Part shown: piece after piece, positions 8,637 through 17,889 of the stretch
How the letters are laid out: each line of letters opens with the position of its first letter
Position numbering within the stretch: the first letter of the stretch is position 1
Virus record (IMG/VR): IMGVR_UViG_2541047786_000001
Direction: 5' to 3' (one strand)
Length of the DNA stretch: 40,052 nt
Source of the DNA: a virus
Taxonomy: Duplodnaviria > Heunggongvirae > Uroviricota > Caudoviricetes
Notes under the pieces: model-generated
What the model saw: the letters and a program-made list of their open reading frames with translations, nothing else
What the model was told of the DNA's origin: nothing
Database searches by the model: none
Program-made: the position numbers and the translations under genes

Positions 8637-9536
8637 ATGACAAATACAGCAAAAATACTCAACTTCTGCAGAGGTAACTTTGCCAAACAGGAGCGTAATG
8701 TGGCAGATCTCGATGATGGTTACGCCAGACTATCAAATATGCTGCTTGAGGCTTATTCAGGCGCAGATCTGACCAAGCGACAGTTTAAAGTGCTGCTTGC
8801 CATTCTGCGTAAAACCTATGGATGGAATAAACCAATGGACAGAATCACCGATTCTCAACTTAGCGAGATTACAAAGTTACCCGTCAAACGGTGCAATGAA
8901 GCCAAGTTAGAACTCGTCAGAATGAATATTATCAAGCAGCAAGGCGGCATGTTTGGACCAAATAAAAACATCTCAGAATGGTGTATCCCTCAAAACGAGG
9001 GAAAATCCCCTAAAACGAGGGATAAAACATCCCTCAAATTGGGGGATTGCTATCCCTCAAAACAGGGGGACACAAAAGACACTATTACAAAAGAAAAAAG
9101 AAAAGATTATTCGTCAGAGAATTCTGGCGAATCCTCTGACCAGCCAGAAAACGACCTTTCTGTGGTGAAACCGGATGCTGCAATTCAGAGCGGCAGCAAG
9201 TGGGGGACAGCAGAAGACCTGACCGCCGCAGAATGGATGTTTGACATGGTGAAGACCATCGCGCCATCAGCCAGAAAACCGAATTTTGCAGGGTGGGCTA
9301 ACGATATCCGCCTGATGCGTGAACGTGACGGACGTAACCATCGCGACATGTGTGTACTGTTCCGCTGGGCATGCCAGGACAACTTCTGGTCCGGTAACGT
9401 GCTGAGCCCGGCCAAACTCCGCGACAAGTGGACCCAGCTCGAAATCAACCGTAACAAGCAACAGGCAGGTGTGACAGCCTGCAAACCAAAACTCGACCTG
9501 ACAAACACTGACTGGATTTACGGGGTGGATTTATGA
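8637..9536 (+). CDS. O: Replication initiator protein O (lambda O)
   Basis: 299-aa protein essentially collinear with lambda O (MTNTAKILNF...TDWIYGVDL). AGGAG ribosome-binding site. Contains the origin iterons. Confidence 0.95.
   Translation: MTNTAKILNFCRGNFAKQERNVADLDDGYARLSNMLLEAYSGADLTKRQFKVLLAILRKTYGWNKPMDRITDSQLSEITKLPVKRCNEAKLELVRMNIIKQQGGMFGPNKNISEWCIPQNEGKSPKTRDKTSLKLGDCYPSKQGDTKDTITKEKRKDYSSENSGESSDQPENDLSVVKPDAAIQSGSKWGTAEDLTAAEWMFDMVKTIAPSARKPNFAGWANDIRLMRERDGRNHRDMCVLFRWACQDNFWSGNVLSPAKLRDKWTQLEINRNKQQAGVTACKPKLDLTNTDWIYGVDL
8986..9110 (+). repeat. ori-lambda: four ~19-bp iterons (ATCCCTCAAAACGAGGG-type) followed by an AT-rich region, embedded in O
   Basis: Direct repeats tccctcaaaacgaggg, tcccctaaaacgaggg, atccctcaaattggggg and atccctcaaaacaggggg, followed by acaaaagaaaaaagaaaag. 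Confidence 0.85.
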
Positions 9537-10234
9537 AAAACATCGCCGCACAGATGGTTAATTTTGACCGTGAGCAGATGCGTCGGATCGCCAACAACAT
9601 GCCGGAACAGTACGACGAAAAGCCGCAGGTACAGCAGGTAGCGCAGATCATCAACGGTGTGTTCAGCCAGTTACTGGCAACTTTCCCGGCGAGTCTGGCT
9701 AACCGTGACCAGAACGAACTGAACGAAATCCGCCGCCAGTGGGTTCTGGCTTTCCGGGAAAACGGGATCACCACAATGGAACAGGTTAACGCAGGAATGC
9801 GCGTAGCCCGTCGGCAGAATCGACCATTTCTGCCATCACCCGGGCAGTTTGTTGCATGGTGCCGGGAAGAAGCATCCGTTATCGCCGGACTGCCAAACGT
9901 CAGCGAGCTGGTTGATATGGTTTACGAGTATTGCCGGAAGCGAGGCCTGTATCCGGATGCAGAGTCTTATCCGTGGAAATCGAACGCGCACTACTGGCTG
10001 GTTACCAACCTGTACCAGAACATGCGGGCCAATGCGCTGACTGACGCGGAATTACGACGCAAGGCTGCCGATGAACTGACCTGTATGACAGCGCGAATTA
10101 ACCGTGGTGAGACGATACCTGAACCAGTAAAACAACTTCCTGTCATGGGCGGCAGACCTCTAAATCGTGTTCAGGCGCTGGCGAAGATCGCAGAAATTAA
10201 AGCTAAGTTAGGACTGAAAGGAGCAAGTGTATGA
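9533..10234 (+). CDS. P: Replication protein P (DnaB helicase loader)
   Basis: 233 aa, collinear with lambda P (MKNIAAQMVNFDREQMRRIANN...). ATGA overlap with the O stop. Confidence 0.95.
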   Translation: MKNIAAQMVNFDREQMRRIANNMPEQYDEKPQVQQVAQIINGVFSQLLATFPASLANRDQNELNEIRRQWVLAFRENGITTMEQVNAGMRVARRQNRPFLPSPGQFVAWCREEASVIAGLPNVSELVDMVYEYCRKRGLYPDAESYPWKSNAHYWLVTNLYQNMRANALTDAELRRKAADELTCMTARINRGETIPEPVKQLPVMGGRPLNRVQALAKIAEIKAKLGLKGASV

Positions 10235-10521
10235 CGGGCAAAGAGGCAATTATTCATTACCTGGGGACGCATAATAGCTTCTGTGCGCCGGACGTTGCCG
10301 CGCTAACAGGCGCAACAGTAACCAGCATAAATCAGGCCGCGGCTAAAATGGCACGGGCAGGTCTTCTGGTTATCGAAGGTAAGGTCTGGCGAACGGTGTA
10401 TTACCGGTTTGCTACCAAGGAAGAACGGGAAGGAAAGATGAGCACGAACCTGATTTTTAAGGAGTGTCGCCAGAGTGCCACGATGAAACGGATATTGGCG
10501 GTATATGGAGTTAAAAGATGA
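10231..10521 (+). CDS. ren: Ren (Rex exclusion escape protein)
   Basis: 96 aa, collinear with lambda Ren (MTGKEAIIHYLGTHNSFCAPDVAALTGATV...). Overlaps the P stop. Confidence 0.9.
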   Translation: MTGKEAIIHYLGTHNSFCAPDVAALTGATVTSINQAAAKMARAGLLVIEGKVWRTVYYRFATKEEREGKMSTNLIFKECRQSATMKRILAVYGVKR

Positions 10522-10546
10522 CCATCTACATCACTGAGCTAATAAC

Positions 10547-10579
10547 AGGCCTGCAGGTAATCGCAGGCCTTTTTATTTG
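10547..10579 (+). terminator. Rho-independent terminator (tR2-like) between ren and ninB
   Basis: Hairpin AGGCCTGC-aggtaatc-GCAGGCCT followed by TTTTTATTT. Confidence 0.6.
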
Positions 10580-10594
10580 GGGGAGAGGGAAGTC

Positions 10595-11035
10595 ATGAAA
10601 AAACTAACCTTTGAAATTCGATCTCCGGCACATCAGCAAAACGCTATTCACGCAGTACAGCAAATCCTTCCAGACCCAACCAAACCAATCGTAGTAACCA
10701 TTCAGGAACGCAACCGCAGCTTAGACCAAAACAGGAAGCTATGGGCCTGCTTAGGTGACGTCTCTCGTCAGGTTGAATGGCATGGTCGCTGGCTGGATGC
10801 AGAAAGCTGGAAGTGTGTGTTTACCGCAGCATTAAAGCAGCAGGATGTTGTTCCTAACCTTGCCGGGAATGGCTTTGTGGTAATAGGCCAGTCAACCAGC
10901 AGGATGCGTGTAAGCGAATTTGCGGAGCTATTAGAGCTTATACAGGCATTCGGTACAGAGCGTGGCGTTAAGTGGTCAGACGAAGCGCGACTGGCTCTCG
11001 AATGGAAAGCGCGATGGGGAGATCGGGCTGCATGA
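10595..11035 (+). CDS. ninB: NinB (Orf-family recombination mediator)
   Basis: Start MKKLTFEIRSPAHQQNAIH... matches lambda NinB. The first six residues of the track ORF are excluded. GGGAGAGGGAAG ribosome-binding site. Confidence 0.9.
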   Translation: MKKLTFEIRSPAHQQNAIHAVQQILPDPTKPIVVTIQERNRSLDQNRKLWACLGDVSRQVEWHGRWLDAESWKCVFTAALKQQDVVPNLAGNGFVVIGQSTSRMRVSEFAELLELIQAFGTERGVKWSDEARLALEWKARWGDRAA

Positions 11036-11559
11036 CTATCAAATCAAATACGCCAGCACACGACAAGGACTGCTGGCAAACGCCGCTTTGGCTTTTTGAT
11101 GCACTGGATATTGAGTTTGGATTCTGGCTGGATTCGGCAGCGAGCGACAAAAATGCTCTGTGCGCTCACTGGCTAACTGAGGACGACGACGCGCTCAATT
11201 CTGAGTGGGTAAGCCACGGTGCAATCTGGAATAACCCACCGTACAGCAATATCAGGCCGTGGGTGGAAAAAGCCGCTGAGCAGTGTATACAACAGCGACA
11301 GACGGTAGTGATGCTTGTGCCAGAGGATATGTCTGTCGGATGGTTCAGCAAGGCTCTGGAGAGTGTTGACGAAGTTCGTATTATCACTGATGGACGGATT
11401 AATTTTATCGAACCATCGACAGGGCTGGAGAAGAAGGGAAACAGCAAAGGCTCCATGCTGCTGATTTGGCGACCGTTCATCAGTCCTCGACGGATGTTTA
11501 CTACCGTATCCAAAGCGGCATTGATGGCGATCGGGCAGGGCGTCAGGAGGGCTGCATGA
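11032..11559 (+). CDS. Phage DNA N6-adenine methyltransferase (Dam-like)
   Basis: Likely start at ATG 11032, overlapping the ninB stop as ATGA. NPPY catalytic motif ([14 protein letters not shown]) typical of N6-adenine methyltransferases. Confidence 0.8.
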   Translation: MTIKSNTPAHDKDCWQTPLWLFDALDIEFGFWLDSAASDKNALCAHWLTEDDDALNSEWVSHGAIWNNPPYSNIRPWVEKAAEQCIQQRQTVVMLVPEDMSVGWFSKALESVDEVRIITDGRINFIEPSTGLEKKGNSKGSMLLIWRPFISPRRMFTTVSKAALMAIGQGVRRAA

Positions 11560-11732
11560 GACGACAGCGACGAAGCATCACCGACATAATCTGCGAAAAC
11601 TGCAAATACCTTCCAACGAAACGCTCCAGAAATAAACGCAAGCTAATCCCAAAAGAATCTGACGTAAAAACCTTCAATTACACAGCCCACCTGTGGGATA
11701 TCCGGTGGCTAAGATATCGTGCGAGGAAATGA
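11556..11732 (+). CDS. ninE: NinE
   Basis: 58 aa ([23 protein letters not shown]...[14 protein letters not shown]). ATGA overlap with the methyltransferase stop. Matches lambda/DLP12 NinE from memory. Confidence 0.75.
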   Translation: MRRQRRSITDIICENCKYLPTKRSRNKRKLIPKESDVKTFNYTAHLWDIRWLRYRARK

Positions 11733-12076
11733 CAATGGATTATTCACAGTTAAGTGATTTTGAAATTAACAGAATGGTAGGAGACATAATTTTTAAAGGC
11801 CTTTGGGCAAGTAAACCGGAAACATCAGGGAATAACACCAACAAATGGTATTACGGAAATGCTGATACAACTTTTGAGCCATTAAATCATTTGCCTGACT
11901 ACTGCAATGATCCGAGCGCTTCATGGCCGATTATTGAGAAATACAGGATTTCTATCTTAGACCAGTTAACTGAATGGTGTGTGGATGCAAAAGGCGTAAG
12001 CCCAATATTTGATACCAGACCTCTCCGCGCCGCCATGATTGTCTTTCTCCTGATGCAGGAGGCCAATAATGCTTAG
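11729..12076 (+). CDS. Conserved hypothetical nin-region protein
   Basis: 115 aa from ATG 11729 ([19 protein letters not shown]...), overlapping the ninE stop. No assignable motif. Confidence 0.55.
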   Translation: MTMDYSQLSDFEINRMVGDIIFKGLWASKPETSGNNTNKWYYGNADTTFEPLNHLPDYCNDPSASWPIIEKYRISILDQLTEWCVDAKGVSPIFDTRPLRAAMIVFLLMQEANNA

Positions 12077-12263
12077 CCCATCTCAATCCCTTCAATACCT
12101 GAAAGAAAGCATAGAGCGGGCTTCAATGTGCACAGAGTGGATTCTATCTAGGTTTAGCGCATACAGAAGATTGCCGGTAAAGGGCATGCCAAGCAAGTCG
12201 ATGCTGCATATGCAAAAGAATGCGCGCTGGAAGGTATGGCGAGAACACAGGTTATGTGGCTGA
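12069..12263 (+). CDS. Small nin-region ORF (NinF-like N-terminus, divergent remainder; possibly frame-disrupted)
   Basis: The N-terminus [10 protein letters not shown] resembles lambda NinF, but the rest does not. An alternative +2 frame encodes ...[38 protein letters not shown] ending at 12281-12283, which suggests a frameshift or mosaic junction. Confidence 0.35.
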   Translation: MLSPSQSLQYLKESIERASMCTEWILSRFSAYRRLPVKGMPSKSMLHMQKNARWKVWREHRLCG

Positions 12264-12282
12264 AAGAGGGGGTTATTAAGGC

Positions 12283-12645
12283 GTGAATACCTACAGCATC
12301 ACATTACCCTGGCCTCCGAGCAATAATCGCTATTACCGCCATAATCGCGGGCGCACGCACGTCAGCGCAGAGGGGCAGGCATACCGCGATAACGTCGCCC
12401 GAATCATTAAAAACGCAATGCTGGATATCGGCCTGGCTATGCCTGTGAAAATCCGCATTGAGTGCCACATGCCGGATCGCCGTCGCCGTGACCTGGATAA
12501 TCTGCAAAAAGCCGCTTTTGACGCACTCACTAAAGCAGGTTTCTGGCTGGATGATGCTCAGGTCGTTGATTACCGCGTTGTGAAGATGCCTGTTACCAAA
12601 GGTGGGAGGCTGGAACTGACCATCACCGAAATGGGGAATGAATGA
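12283..12645 (+). CDS. rusA: RusA Holliday-junction resolvase
   Basis: 120 aa with a GTG start at 12283 and AAAGAGGGGG upstream. The sequence is collinear with E. coli DLP12 RusA ([28 protein letters not shown]...). Confidence 0.9.
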   Translation: MNTYSITLPWPPSNNRYYRHNRGRTHVSAEGQAYRDNVARIIKNAMLDIGLAMPVKIRIECHMPDRRRRDLDNLQKAAFDALTKAGFWLDDAQVVDYRVVKMPVTKGGRLELTITEMGNE

Positions 12646-12782
12646 TGTTTGAGTTTAATATGGCAGAACTTCTTCGCCACCGCTGGGGGCGTCTGCGCTT
12701 ATATCGTTTCCTCGGTTCTGTTTTGACCGATTACCGAATACTGAAGAATTACGCCAAAACCCTGACAGGAACAGGAGTATGA
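12642..12782 (+). CDS. ylcG: YlcG-like small protein
   Basis: 46-aa ORF not in the supplied track ([46 protein letters not shown]); translated by hand. Overlaps the rusA stop and matches DLP12 YlcG from memory. Confidence 0.6.
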   Translation: MMFEFNMAELLRHRWGRLRLYRFLGSVLTDYRILKNYAKTLTGTGV

Positions 12783-12867
12783 AGTCAGAGATAACAATCA
12801 ACTAATACTGTTTTGTTGATTTTTGCTTGTAATTGGCGTTCTGGTCTGATTTTTGTGGAGTAAGTTG

Positions 12868-13251
12868 ATGCGTGATATTCAGATGGTTCTTGAGCGTTGG
12901 GGTGCGTGGGCGGCTAATAATCATGAAGATGTGACCTGGTCGTCCATTGCCGCCGGTTTTAAGGGATTAATTCCTTCAAAAGTAAAATCTCGCCCGCAAT
13001 GTTGTGACGATGACGCGATGATCATTTGCGGGTGCATGGCCCGTCTGAAAAAGAACAACAGCGATTTACACGATTTATTAGTAGATTATTATGTATGTGG
13101 TATGACATTCATGTCACTGGCAAGTAAGCATTGCTGCTCGGATGGTTATATCGGGAAAAGGTTACAGAAGGCTGAGGGCATAATTGAAGGGATGTTAATG
13201 GCATTAGATATCCGGTTAGATATGGATATCGTTGCTAATAATTCTAATTGA
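12868..13251 (+). CDS. Q: Late-gene antiterminator Q (phage 82/DLP12 QuuD type)
   Basis: 127 aa from ATG 12868 ([21 protein letters not shown]...). Cys-rich zinc-binding region ([12 protein letters not shown]). Position between the nin genes and the lysis cassette. Confidence 0.85.
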   Translation: MRDIQMVLERWGAWAANNHEDVTWSSIAAGFKGLIPSKVKSRPQCCDDDAMIICGCMARLKKNNSDLHDLLVDYYVCGMTFMSLASKHCCSDGYIGKRLQKAEGIIEGMLMALDIRLDMDIVANNSN

Positions 13252-13254
13252 TAT

Positions 13255-13335
13255 GCAATTGTTTACTAAAAGTTATTAAAAATGGGGCGTGGAAACGCCC
13301 CCAAAATAAAGGGTAATATATAACAGAAGGTTTAT
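13255..13335 (+). promoter_or_regulatory. Candidate late promoter pR-prime / qut region (position inferred, hexamers not confidently assigned)
   Basis: AT-rich segment immediately downstream of Q and upstream of a strong plus-strand terminator, the arrangement expected for pR-prime and tR-prime. Confidence 0.3.
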
Positions 13336-13396
13336 ATAGTAAGAAGCAAGGTAGTGCTTCTAAAGGAAGTGGCTTGAGGGCTCCACTTATATGTTG

Positions 13397-13432
13397 CGGA
13401 GGCAAAGCCTCCCGCAACATATCTTTTTCGTA
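13397..13432 (+). terminator. Rho-independent terminator (tR-prime candidate)
   Basis: Hairpin GTTGCGGAGG-caaag-CCTCCCGCAAC followed by ATATCTTTTT on the top strand. Confidence 0.5.
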
Positions 13433-13439
13433 AGTCAGA

Positions 13440-14522
13440 TTAGAACTGATAAACCAGACCTACAGCGACGATGTCGTCGGTATCAATACCAGCTGTTTTG
13501 GTAAACTTACTATCGTCAATTAAGTTGATTTTGTAATCAACAAAAGTGGACATGTTTTTATTAAAGTAGTAAGTAGCACCGACATCGACATACTTGACTA
13601 AGTCTCGGTCACCATGAACACCAAGGTCTTTACCTTTTGACTGAAGGTAAGCAACAGATGGACGCAGACCGAAGTCAAACTGATATTGTGCTACTGCTTC
13701 AAAGTTTTGTGCTTTGTTTGCAATATGGTTATTACCAAAAACGGTCATATTCTGAGTTTCAGAATATGTGGTAGCCAGATAGATATTGTTCGCATCATAT
13801 TTCAGGCCTGCAGCCCATACTTCCGCATTTTTGCCGGAGGCATTGAATTTGCTCTTACCATAGGCGACCTGACCGTCAGTGCGATCTGATTTAGCATAGG
13901 TTGCACCCACGCCGAATCCTTCATACTCATAAGTAGTGGAGAAACCGAAACCATCACCATTGGCTTCAGTTACGTCAGTGCGGTCATTTTTACCCTGATA
14001 CTGAGCAGCAAAGTTCAGGCCATCGACCAGACCAAAGAAGTCGTTGTTACGATAAGTTGCAACACCAGTAGTGCGACCAGTCATGAACACATCTGTTTGG
14101 GTCCAGGTATCACCACCGAATTCTGGCAGAACGTCAGTCCACGCACCGATGTCGTATGCTACACCGTAGTTACGGCCGTAATCGATTGAGCCGTAATCAC
14201 CAAATTTCAGGCCTGCAAATGCAAGACGGGTTTTGTCTTTGGAAGAACCTTGAGATTCAGCACGGTTGCCTTTGAATTCATATTCCCACTGACCGAAACC
14301 AGTCAGTTGATCGTTGATTTGGGTTTCACCTTTGAAGCCAAGACGGGCATAAGTAGTATCACCATCATCTGCATCATTAGAGGAGAAGTAGTGCTTGGCA
14401 TTAACTTTCCCGTATAGATCCAGCTTGTTACTGTCTTTATTATAAATTTCAGCTGCCTGAGCAGACATCGCCATCAGTACTGATGCAGCTACAGCAGAAA
14501 TTGCCACTGTTAATTTTTTCAT
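13440..14522 (-). CDS. nmpC: Outer-membrane general porin (OmpC/NmpC/Lc family), phage-encoded moron
   Basis: 360 aa from ATG 14522, with signal peptide [23 protein letters not shown] and the C-terminal aromatic residue (VGLVYQF) typical of beta-barrel porins. The 20 extra N-terminal residues of the track ORF are excluded. Same position and orientation relative to Q and the lysis genes as nmpC in DLP12. Confidence 0.9.
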   Translation of the reverse strand: MKKLTVAISAVAASVLMAMSAQAAEIYNKDSNKLDLYGKVNAKHYFSSNDADDGDTTYARLGFKGETQINDQLTGFGQWEYEFKGNRAESQGSSKDKTRLAFAGLKFGDYGSIDYGRNYGVAYDIGAWTDVLPEFGGDTWTQTDVFMTGRTTGVATYRNNDFFGLVDGLNFAAQYQGKNDRTDVTEANGDGFGFSTTYEYEGFGVGATYAKSDRTDGQVAYGKSKFNASGKNAEVWAAGLKYDANNIYLATTYSETQNMTVFGNNHIANKAQNFEAVAQYQFDFGLRPSVAYLQSKGKDLGVHGDRDLVKYVDVGATYYFNKNMSTFVDYKINLIDDSKFTKTAGIDTDDIVAVGLVYQF

Positions 14523-14949
14523 TGTACGCCCTTTTTTTGAACTTTTATTAAAAAATGATGTCACTGCGCGATAAATATTCATCTAATCAATGTGATTATT
14601 TCAAGATGTAAGTTTTAGTTTCTCATTTAATTTGTGAAGTAGATCTCTATTTTTATCTGAACCTTTTCTATCTAATCCTATTCATGGCTCTTGTCTGAAC
14701 AAAAATAAATCTATTAGCTAATTTATATTAATGGCACTTATTTATAAGTGCTCTATAATTCTTTAGCTTAATTTAAACAAACTAAAAATAACATCGGAAA
14801 TTATTAACTGGTTATTTGTTGAAGTTTTCTTATGCATTTGTGGTGGTGTTTTGAACACTCGGTGGCATTCTCACAAATATCATTTAGTAGTTTACGTACG
14901 TAAAAAATTGGTTATGCTGTTAAGAGTGGTTACTTCGTCACACAGCTTA

Positions 14950-14981
14950 AACCCGCCGTCGAGCGGGTTTTTCCATTTTTT
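14950..14981 (+). terminator. Rho-independent terminator-like hairpin upstream of the holin gene
   Basis: AACCCGC-cgtcga-GCGGGTT followed by TTTCCATTTTTT. Possibly an alternative tR-prime or an attenuator of read-through into the lysis genes. Confidence 0.4.
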
Positions 14982-15110
14982 GAGTCTCGATATTAGCTGA
15001 TAACCCAATACCTGAGTTATTCACTGACTCCGAATCTGTTACGTTTCTGCCTTTATTGCGATACGTAGTATCCCCTTAATTTACACCCGCTTTGTCTGCG
15101 AGGTGGGGTT

Positions 15111-15326
15111 ATGAAATCCATGGATAAGTTAACAACGGGTGTCGCCTATGGTACCTCAGCAGGTAGTGCCGGGTACTGGTTTTTACAGTTGCTCGATAAA
15201 GTCACGCCCTCACAGTGGGCGGCAATAGGTGTGCTGGGTAGCCTGGTATTTGGCCTGCTGACGTACCTGACAAACCTTTATTTCAAGATTAAAGAAGATA
15301 AGCGCAAGGCTGCGAGAGGTGAATAA
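15111..15326 (+). CDS. S: Class II holin / pinholin (phage 21 S21 type) with dual-start motif
   Basis: 71 aa ([26 protein letters not shown]...KRKAARGE), very similar to phage 21 S. Met1 and Met4 give the antiholin/holin dual start. Two transmembrane segments. Confidence 0.85.
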
Positions 15327-15823
15327 TGCCTCCATCATTACGAAAAGCCGTTGCTGCTGCTATTGGTGGCGGAGCAATTGCTATAGCATCAGTGTTAATC
15401 ACTGGCCCAAGTGGTAACGATGGTCTGGAAGGTGTCAGCTACATACCATACAAAGATATTGTTGGTGTATGGACTGTATGTCACGGGCATACAGGAAAAG
15501 ACATCATGCTCGGTAAAACGTATACCAAAGCAGAATGCAAAGCCCTCCTGAATAAAGACCTTGCCACGGTCGCCAGACAAATTAACCCGTACATCAAAGT
15601 CGATATACCGGAAACAATGCGCGGCGCTCTTTACTCATTCGTTTACAACGTGGGTGCTGGCAATTTCAGAACATCGACGCTTCTTCGCAAAATAAACCAG
15701 GGCGATATCAAAGGCGCATGTGATCAGCTACGTCGCTGGACATATGCTGGCGGTAAGCAATGGAAAGGTCTCATGACTCGTCGTGAGATTGAGCGTGAAA
15801 TCTGTTTGTGGGGTCAGCAATGA
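15326..15823 (+). CDS. R: SAR endolysin (T4-lysozyme-like muramidase with N-terminal signal-anchor-release domain)
   Basis: 165 aa. The N-terminal Gly/Ala-rich weakly hydrophobic segment [18 protein letters not shown] is a typical SAR domain. Start overlaps the holin stop (TAATG). Confidence 0.9.
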   Translation: MPPSLRKAVAAAIGGGAIAIASVLITGPSGNDGLEGVSYIPYKDIVGVWTVCHGHTGKDIMLGKTYTKAECKALLNKDLATVARQINPYIKVDIPETMRGALYSFVYNVGAGNFRTSTLLRKINQGDIKGACDQLRRWTYAGGKQWKGLMTRREIEREICLWGQQ

Positions 15824-16281
15824 ACAGAGTAACCGCGATTATCTCCGCTCTGGTTATCTGCATCATCGTCTGCCTGTCATGGGCTGTTAATCATTACCGT
15901 GATAACGCCATTACCTACAAAGCCCAGCGCGACAAAAATGCCAGAGAACTGACGCTGGCGAACGCGGCAATTACTGACATACAGATGCGTCAGCGTGATG
16001 TTGCTGCGCTCGATGCAAAATACACGAAGGAGTTAGCTGATGCGAAAGCTGAAAATGATGCTCTGCGTGATGATGTTGCCGCTGGTCGTCGTCGGTTGCA
16101 CATCAAAGCAGTCTGTCAGTCAGTGCGTGAAGCCACCACCGCCTCCGGCGTGGATAATGCAGCCTCCCCCCGACTGGCAGACACCGCTGAACGGGATTAT
16201 TTCACCCTCAGAGAGAGGCTGATCACTATGCAAAAACAACTGGAAGGAACCCAGAAGTATATTAATGAGCAGTGCAGATAG
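15820..16281 (+). CDS. Rz: Rz i-spanin
   Basis: Start [17 protein letters not shown] at 15820 overlapping the endolysin stop (ATGA). N-terminal transmembrane segment and coiled-coil periplasmic domain. Confidence 0.85.
   Translation: MNRVTAIISALVICIIVCLSWAVNHYRDNAITYKAQRDKNARELTLANAAITDIQMRQRDVAALDAKYTKELADAKAENDALRDDVAAGRRRLHIKAVCQSVREATTASGVDNAASPRLADTAERDYFTLRERLITMQKQLEGTQKYINEQCR
16040..16222 (+). CDS. Rz1: Rz1 o-spanin lipoprotein, embedded in Rz in the +1 frame
   Basis: 60 aa with lipobox LVVVGC and proline-rich [15 protein letters not shown]; matches lambda Rz1. Confidence 0.8.
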   Translation: MRKLKMMLCVMMLPLVVVGCTSKQSVSQCVKPPPPPAWIMQPPPDWQTPLNGIISPSERG

Positions 16282-16312
16282 AGCTGCCCATATCGATGGG
16301 CAACTCATGCAA

Positions 16313-16606
16313 TTATTGTGAGCAATACACACGCGCTTCCAGCGGAGTATAAATGCCTAAAGTAATAAAACCGAGCAATCCATTTACGAATGTTTGCTGG
16401 GTTTCTGTTTTAACAACATTTTCTGCACCACCACAAATTTTTGCTGCATCGACAGTTTTCTTCTGCCCAATTCCCGAAACGAAGAAATGATGGGTGATGG
16501 TTTCCTTTGGTGTTACTGCTGTAGGTTTGTTTCCAACAGTAAACGTCTGTTGAGCACATCCTGTAATAAGCATTGCCAGAGCGGCAGAAAACAACATTTT
16601 TTTCAT
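16313..16606 (-). CDS. bor: Bor lipoprotein (serum-resistance, lysogenic conversion)
   Basis: 97 aa from ATG 16606 (MKKMLFSAALAMLITGCAQQ...EARVYCSQ), collinear with lambda Bor. Lipobox LITGC. Confidence 0.85.
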   Translation of the reverse strand: MKKMLFSAALAMLITGCAQQTFTVGNKPTAVTPKETITHHFFVSGIGQKKTVDAAKICGGAENVVKTETQQTFVNGLLGFITLGIYTPLEARVYCSQ

Positions 16607-17086
16607 CTTATTATCCTGCATTGTTAAAAACGGCAGAATCCTATGTGACAACAATTAAACGATAGTTAAATGGATTGATGAAAATTAAAACTACACAGGT
16701 GGGCTCAGACTATTGGAGGAAGTTGGGGACACTCAGAATCCTGTGGAATGAAATAAACCGGTCTATCCGTCCATTACCCTTTTAGCTGCGCTGTATCGTC
16801 GCCGTATTCCCGCATTAACCATGACCGTAGCCCGACGGGGAATTCCTTCTGCGTGAGTGTGCGGGAATAATTAAAAACGATGCACACCGGTTTTTTACCG
16901 CGTTAATGATTCGCGGGTTTATCCCGGTGCGATGGTGGAAGAAACAGGAAGCTGTATTACAGAAAGTGCTACTACTGTATCCCGATGCGATGTATGTAAT
17001 GTGAGTCAGATAATGGCACAGGATGTGGTGATGTGGCAGTCTGGAACACAGGATATATTGTCAGAATAAGACCCGTAGGAATAAAA

Positions 17087-17413
17087 ATGAAAAGACGCCT
17101 TTTACTACTTTTTCTGTTATCTGTCCTGGCAGTGGGATGCTCGCAGCAAAAAGCTGATGAGCCCCGGCAATTAGTGACGGTGTATCCACGATATCCGGAA
17201 TATGCTGCAGCAAATTATATCAAGGGGCTGGTTGAGGTTAAGTTCGATATTGGTGCTGATGGGACTGTGACACGGATCGTTTTTCTCCGCTCAGAGCCTC
17301 ATAATTTGTTTCGTGATGAAGTGGTGAAGGCCATGGCGAAATGGCGATTTGAAAAGAATCGCCCCTGTCAGGGAGTGAAGAGACAATTTATCTTTACGCC
17401 GTCACGTCCTTGA
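17087..17413 (+). CDS. Putative lipoprotein with TonB-C-terminal-like fold
   Basis: 108 aa from ATG 17087. Signal peptide plus lipobox MKRRLLLLFLLSVLAVGC. The YPRYPEYAAANYIKGLVEVKFDIGADGTV segment resembles the TonB C-terminal domain signature. Confidence 0.5.
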   Translation: MKRRLLLLFLLSVLAVGCSQQKADEPRQLVTVYPRYPEYAAANYIKGLVEVKFDIGADGTVTRIVFLRSEPHNLFRDEVVKAMAKWRFEKNRPCQGVKRQFIFTPSRP

Positions 17414-17505
17414 TGCTTCCAGGTAGAGAGGGGCTGGAAGCAGGAGAAAAATGAAAGAGCCAGCGGTTATATTTTTGTCATGGCTGACGAGGAATGATGG
17501 AAGAA

Positions 17506-17528
17506 GGCGTTGTATGCCACACAACGCC
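17506..17528. terminator. Hairpin between convergent genes (candidate bidirectional terminator)
   Basis: GGCGTTGT-atgccac-ACAACGCC with a T-rich stretch downstream on the top strand. Confidence 0.4.
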
Positions 17529-17535
17529 TCACTGT

Positions 17536-17889
17536 TCATTTCTTCTTTTTCTCTGGTGGAACCCGATGAATAAGAGTTGCACTGGTTTCCGATGAGATGG
17601 CGATATACTCGGGCAAAGTATGCTGGCAGTTTTCCAACTGGTCAAAAATACCTGCTCTCGTCTGTTGCAATGCCTGCAGCATGCGGCGGCAATGCGCCTT
17701 GCTTTTACTAACCATCTTTCCTTCCTCTATCAGTCGCTGCGTGAACTCATCATGGAATACCAGGTAAATGCGGATGTTATCGGTTTTGGCTACGCAGCAT
17801 AGTACAAAACGGACAGGTGCATCCCGGGACGGGGGAGGCGTCACATGTCCCTGTGATGGTTGTTCCGGGTAATGTACTGTGTGGGGCAT
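17536..17889 (-). CDS. Hypothetical protein (true start uncertain; overlaps alternative ORF 17777-18028)
   Basis: 117-aa ORF ending in KKKK. A different-frame ORF on the same strand (17777-18028) starts MKIRNILAISLATSSFSCLA, which is signal-peptide-like. I cannot decide which is real from sequence alone. Confidence 0.3.
   Translation of the reverse strand: MPHTVHYPEQPSQGHVTPPPSRDAPVRFVLCCVAKTDNIRIYLVFHDEFTQRLIEEGKMVSKSKAHCRRMLQALQQTRAGIFDQLENCQHTLPEYIAISSETSATLIHRVPPEKKKK

Noticed and set aside
8986-9110. Possible CRISPR-like direct repeats
   Set aside because: These are the four ~19-bp ori-lambda iterons inside the O gene, contiguous and without spacers. No CRISPR array is present anywhere in the window.
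14583-15110. Possible tRNA genes between Q and S, as found in some lambdoid/Stx phages
   Set aside because: Reading this AT-rich interval I could not find a GC-rich acceptor stem or T-arm (GTTCRA-like) element. A tRNAscan run would be needed for certainty.
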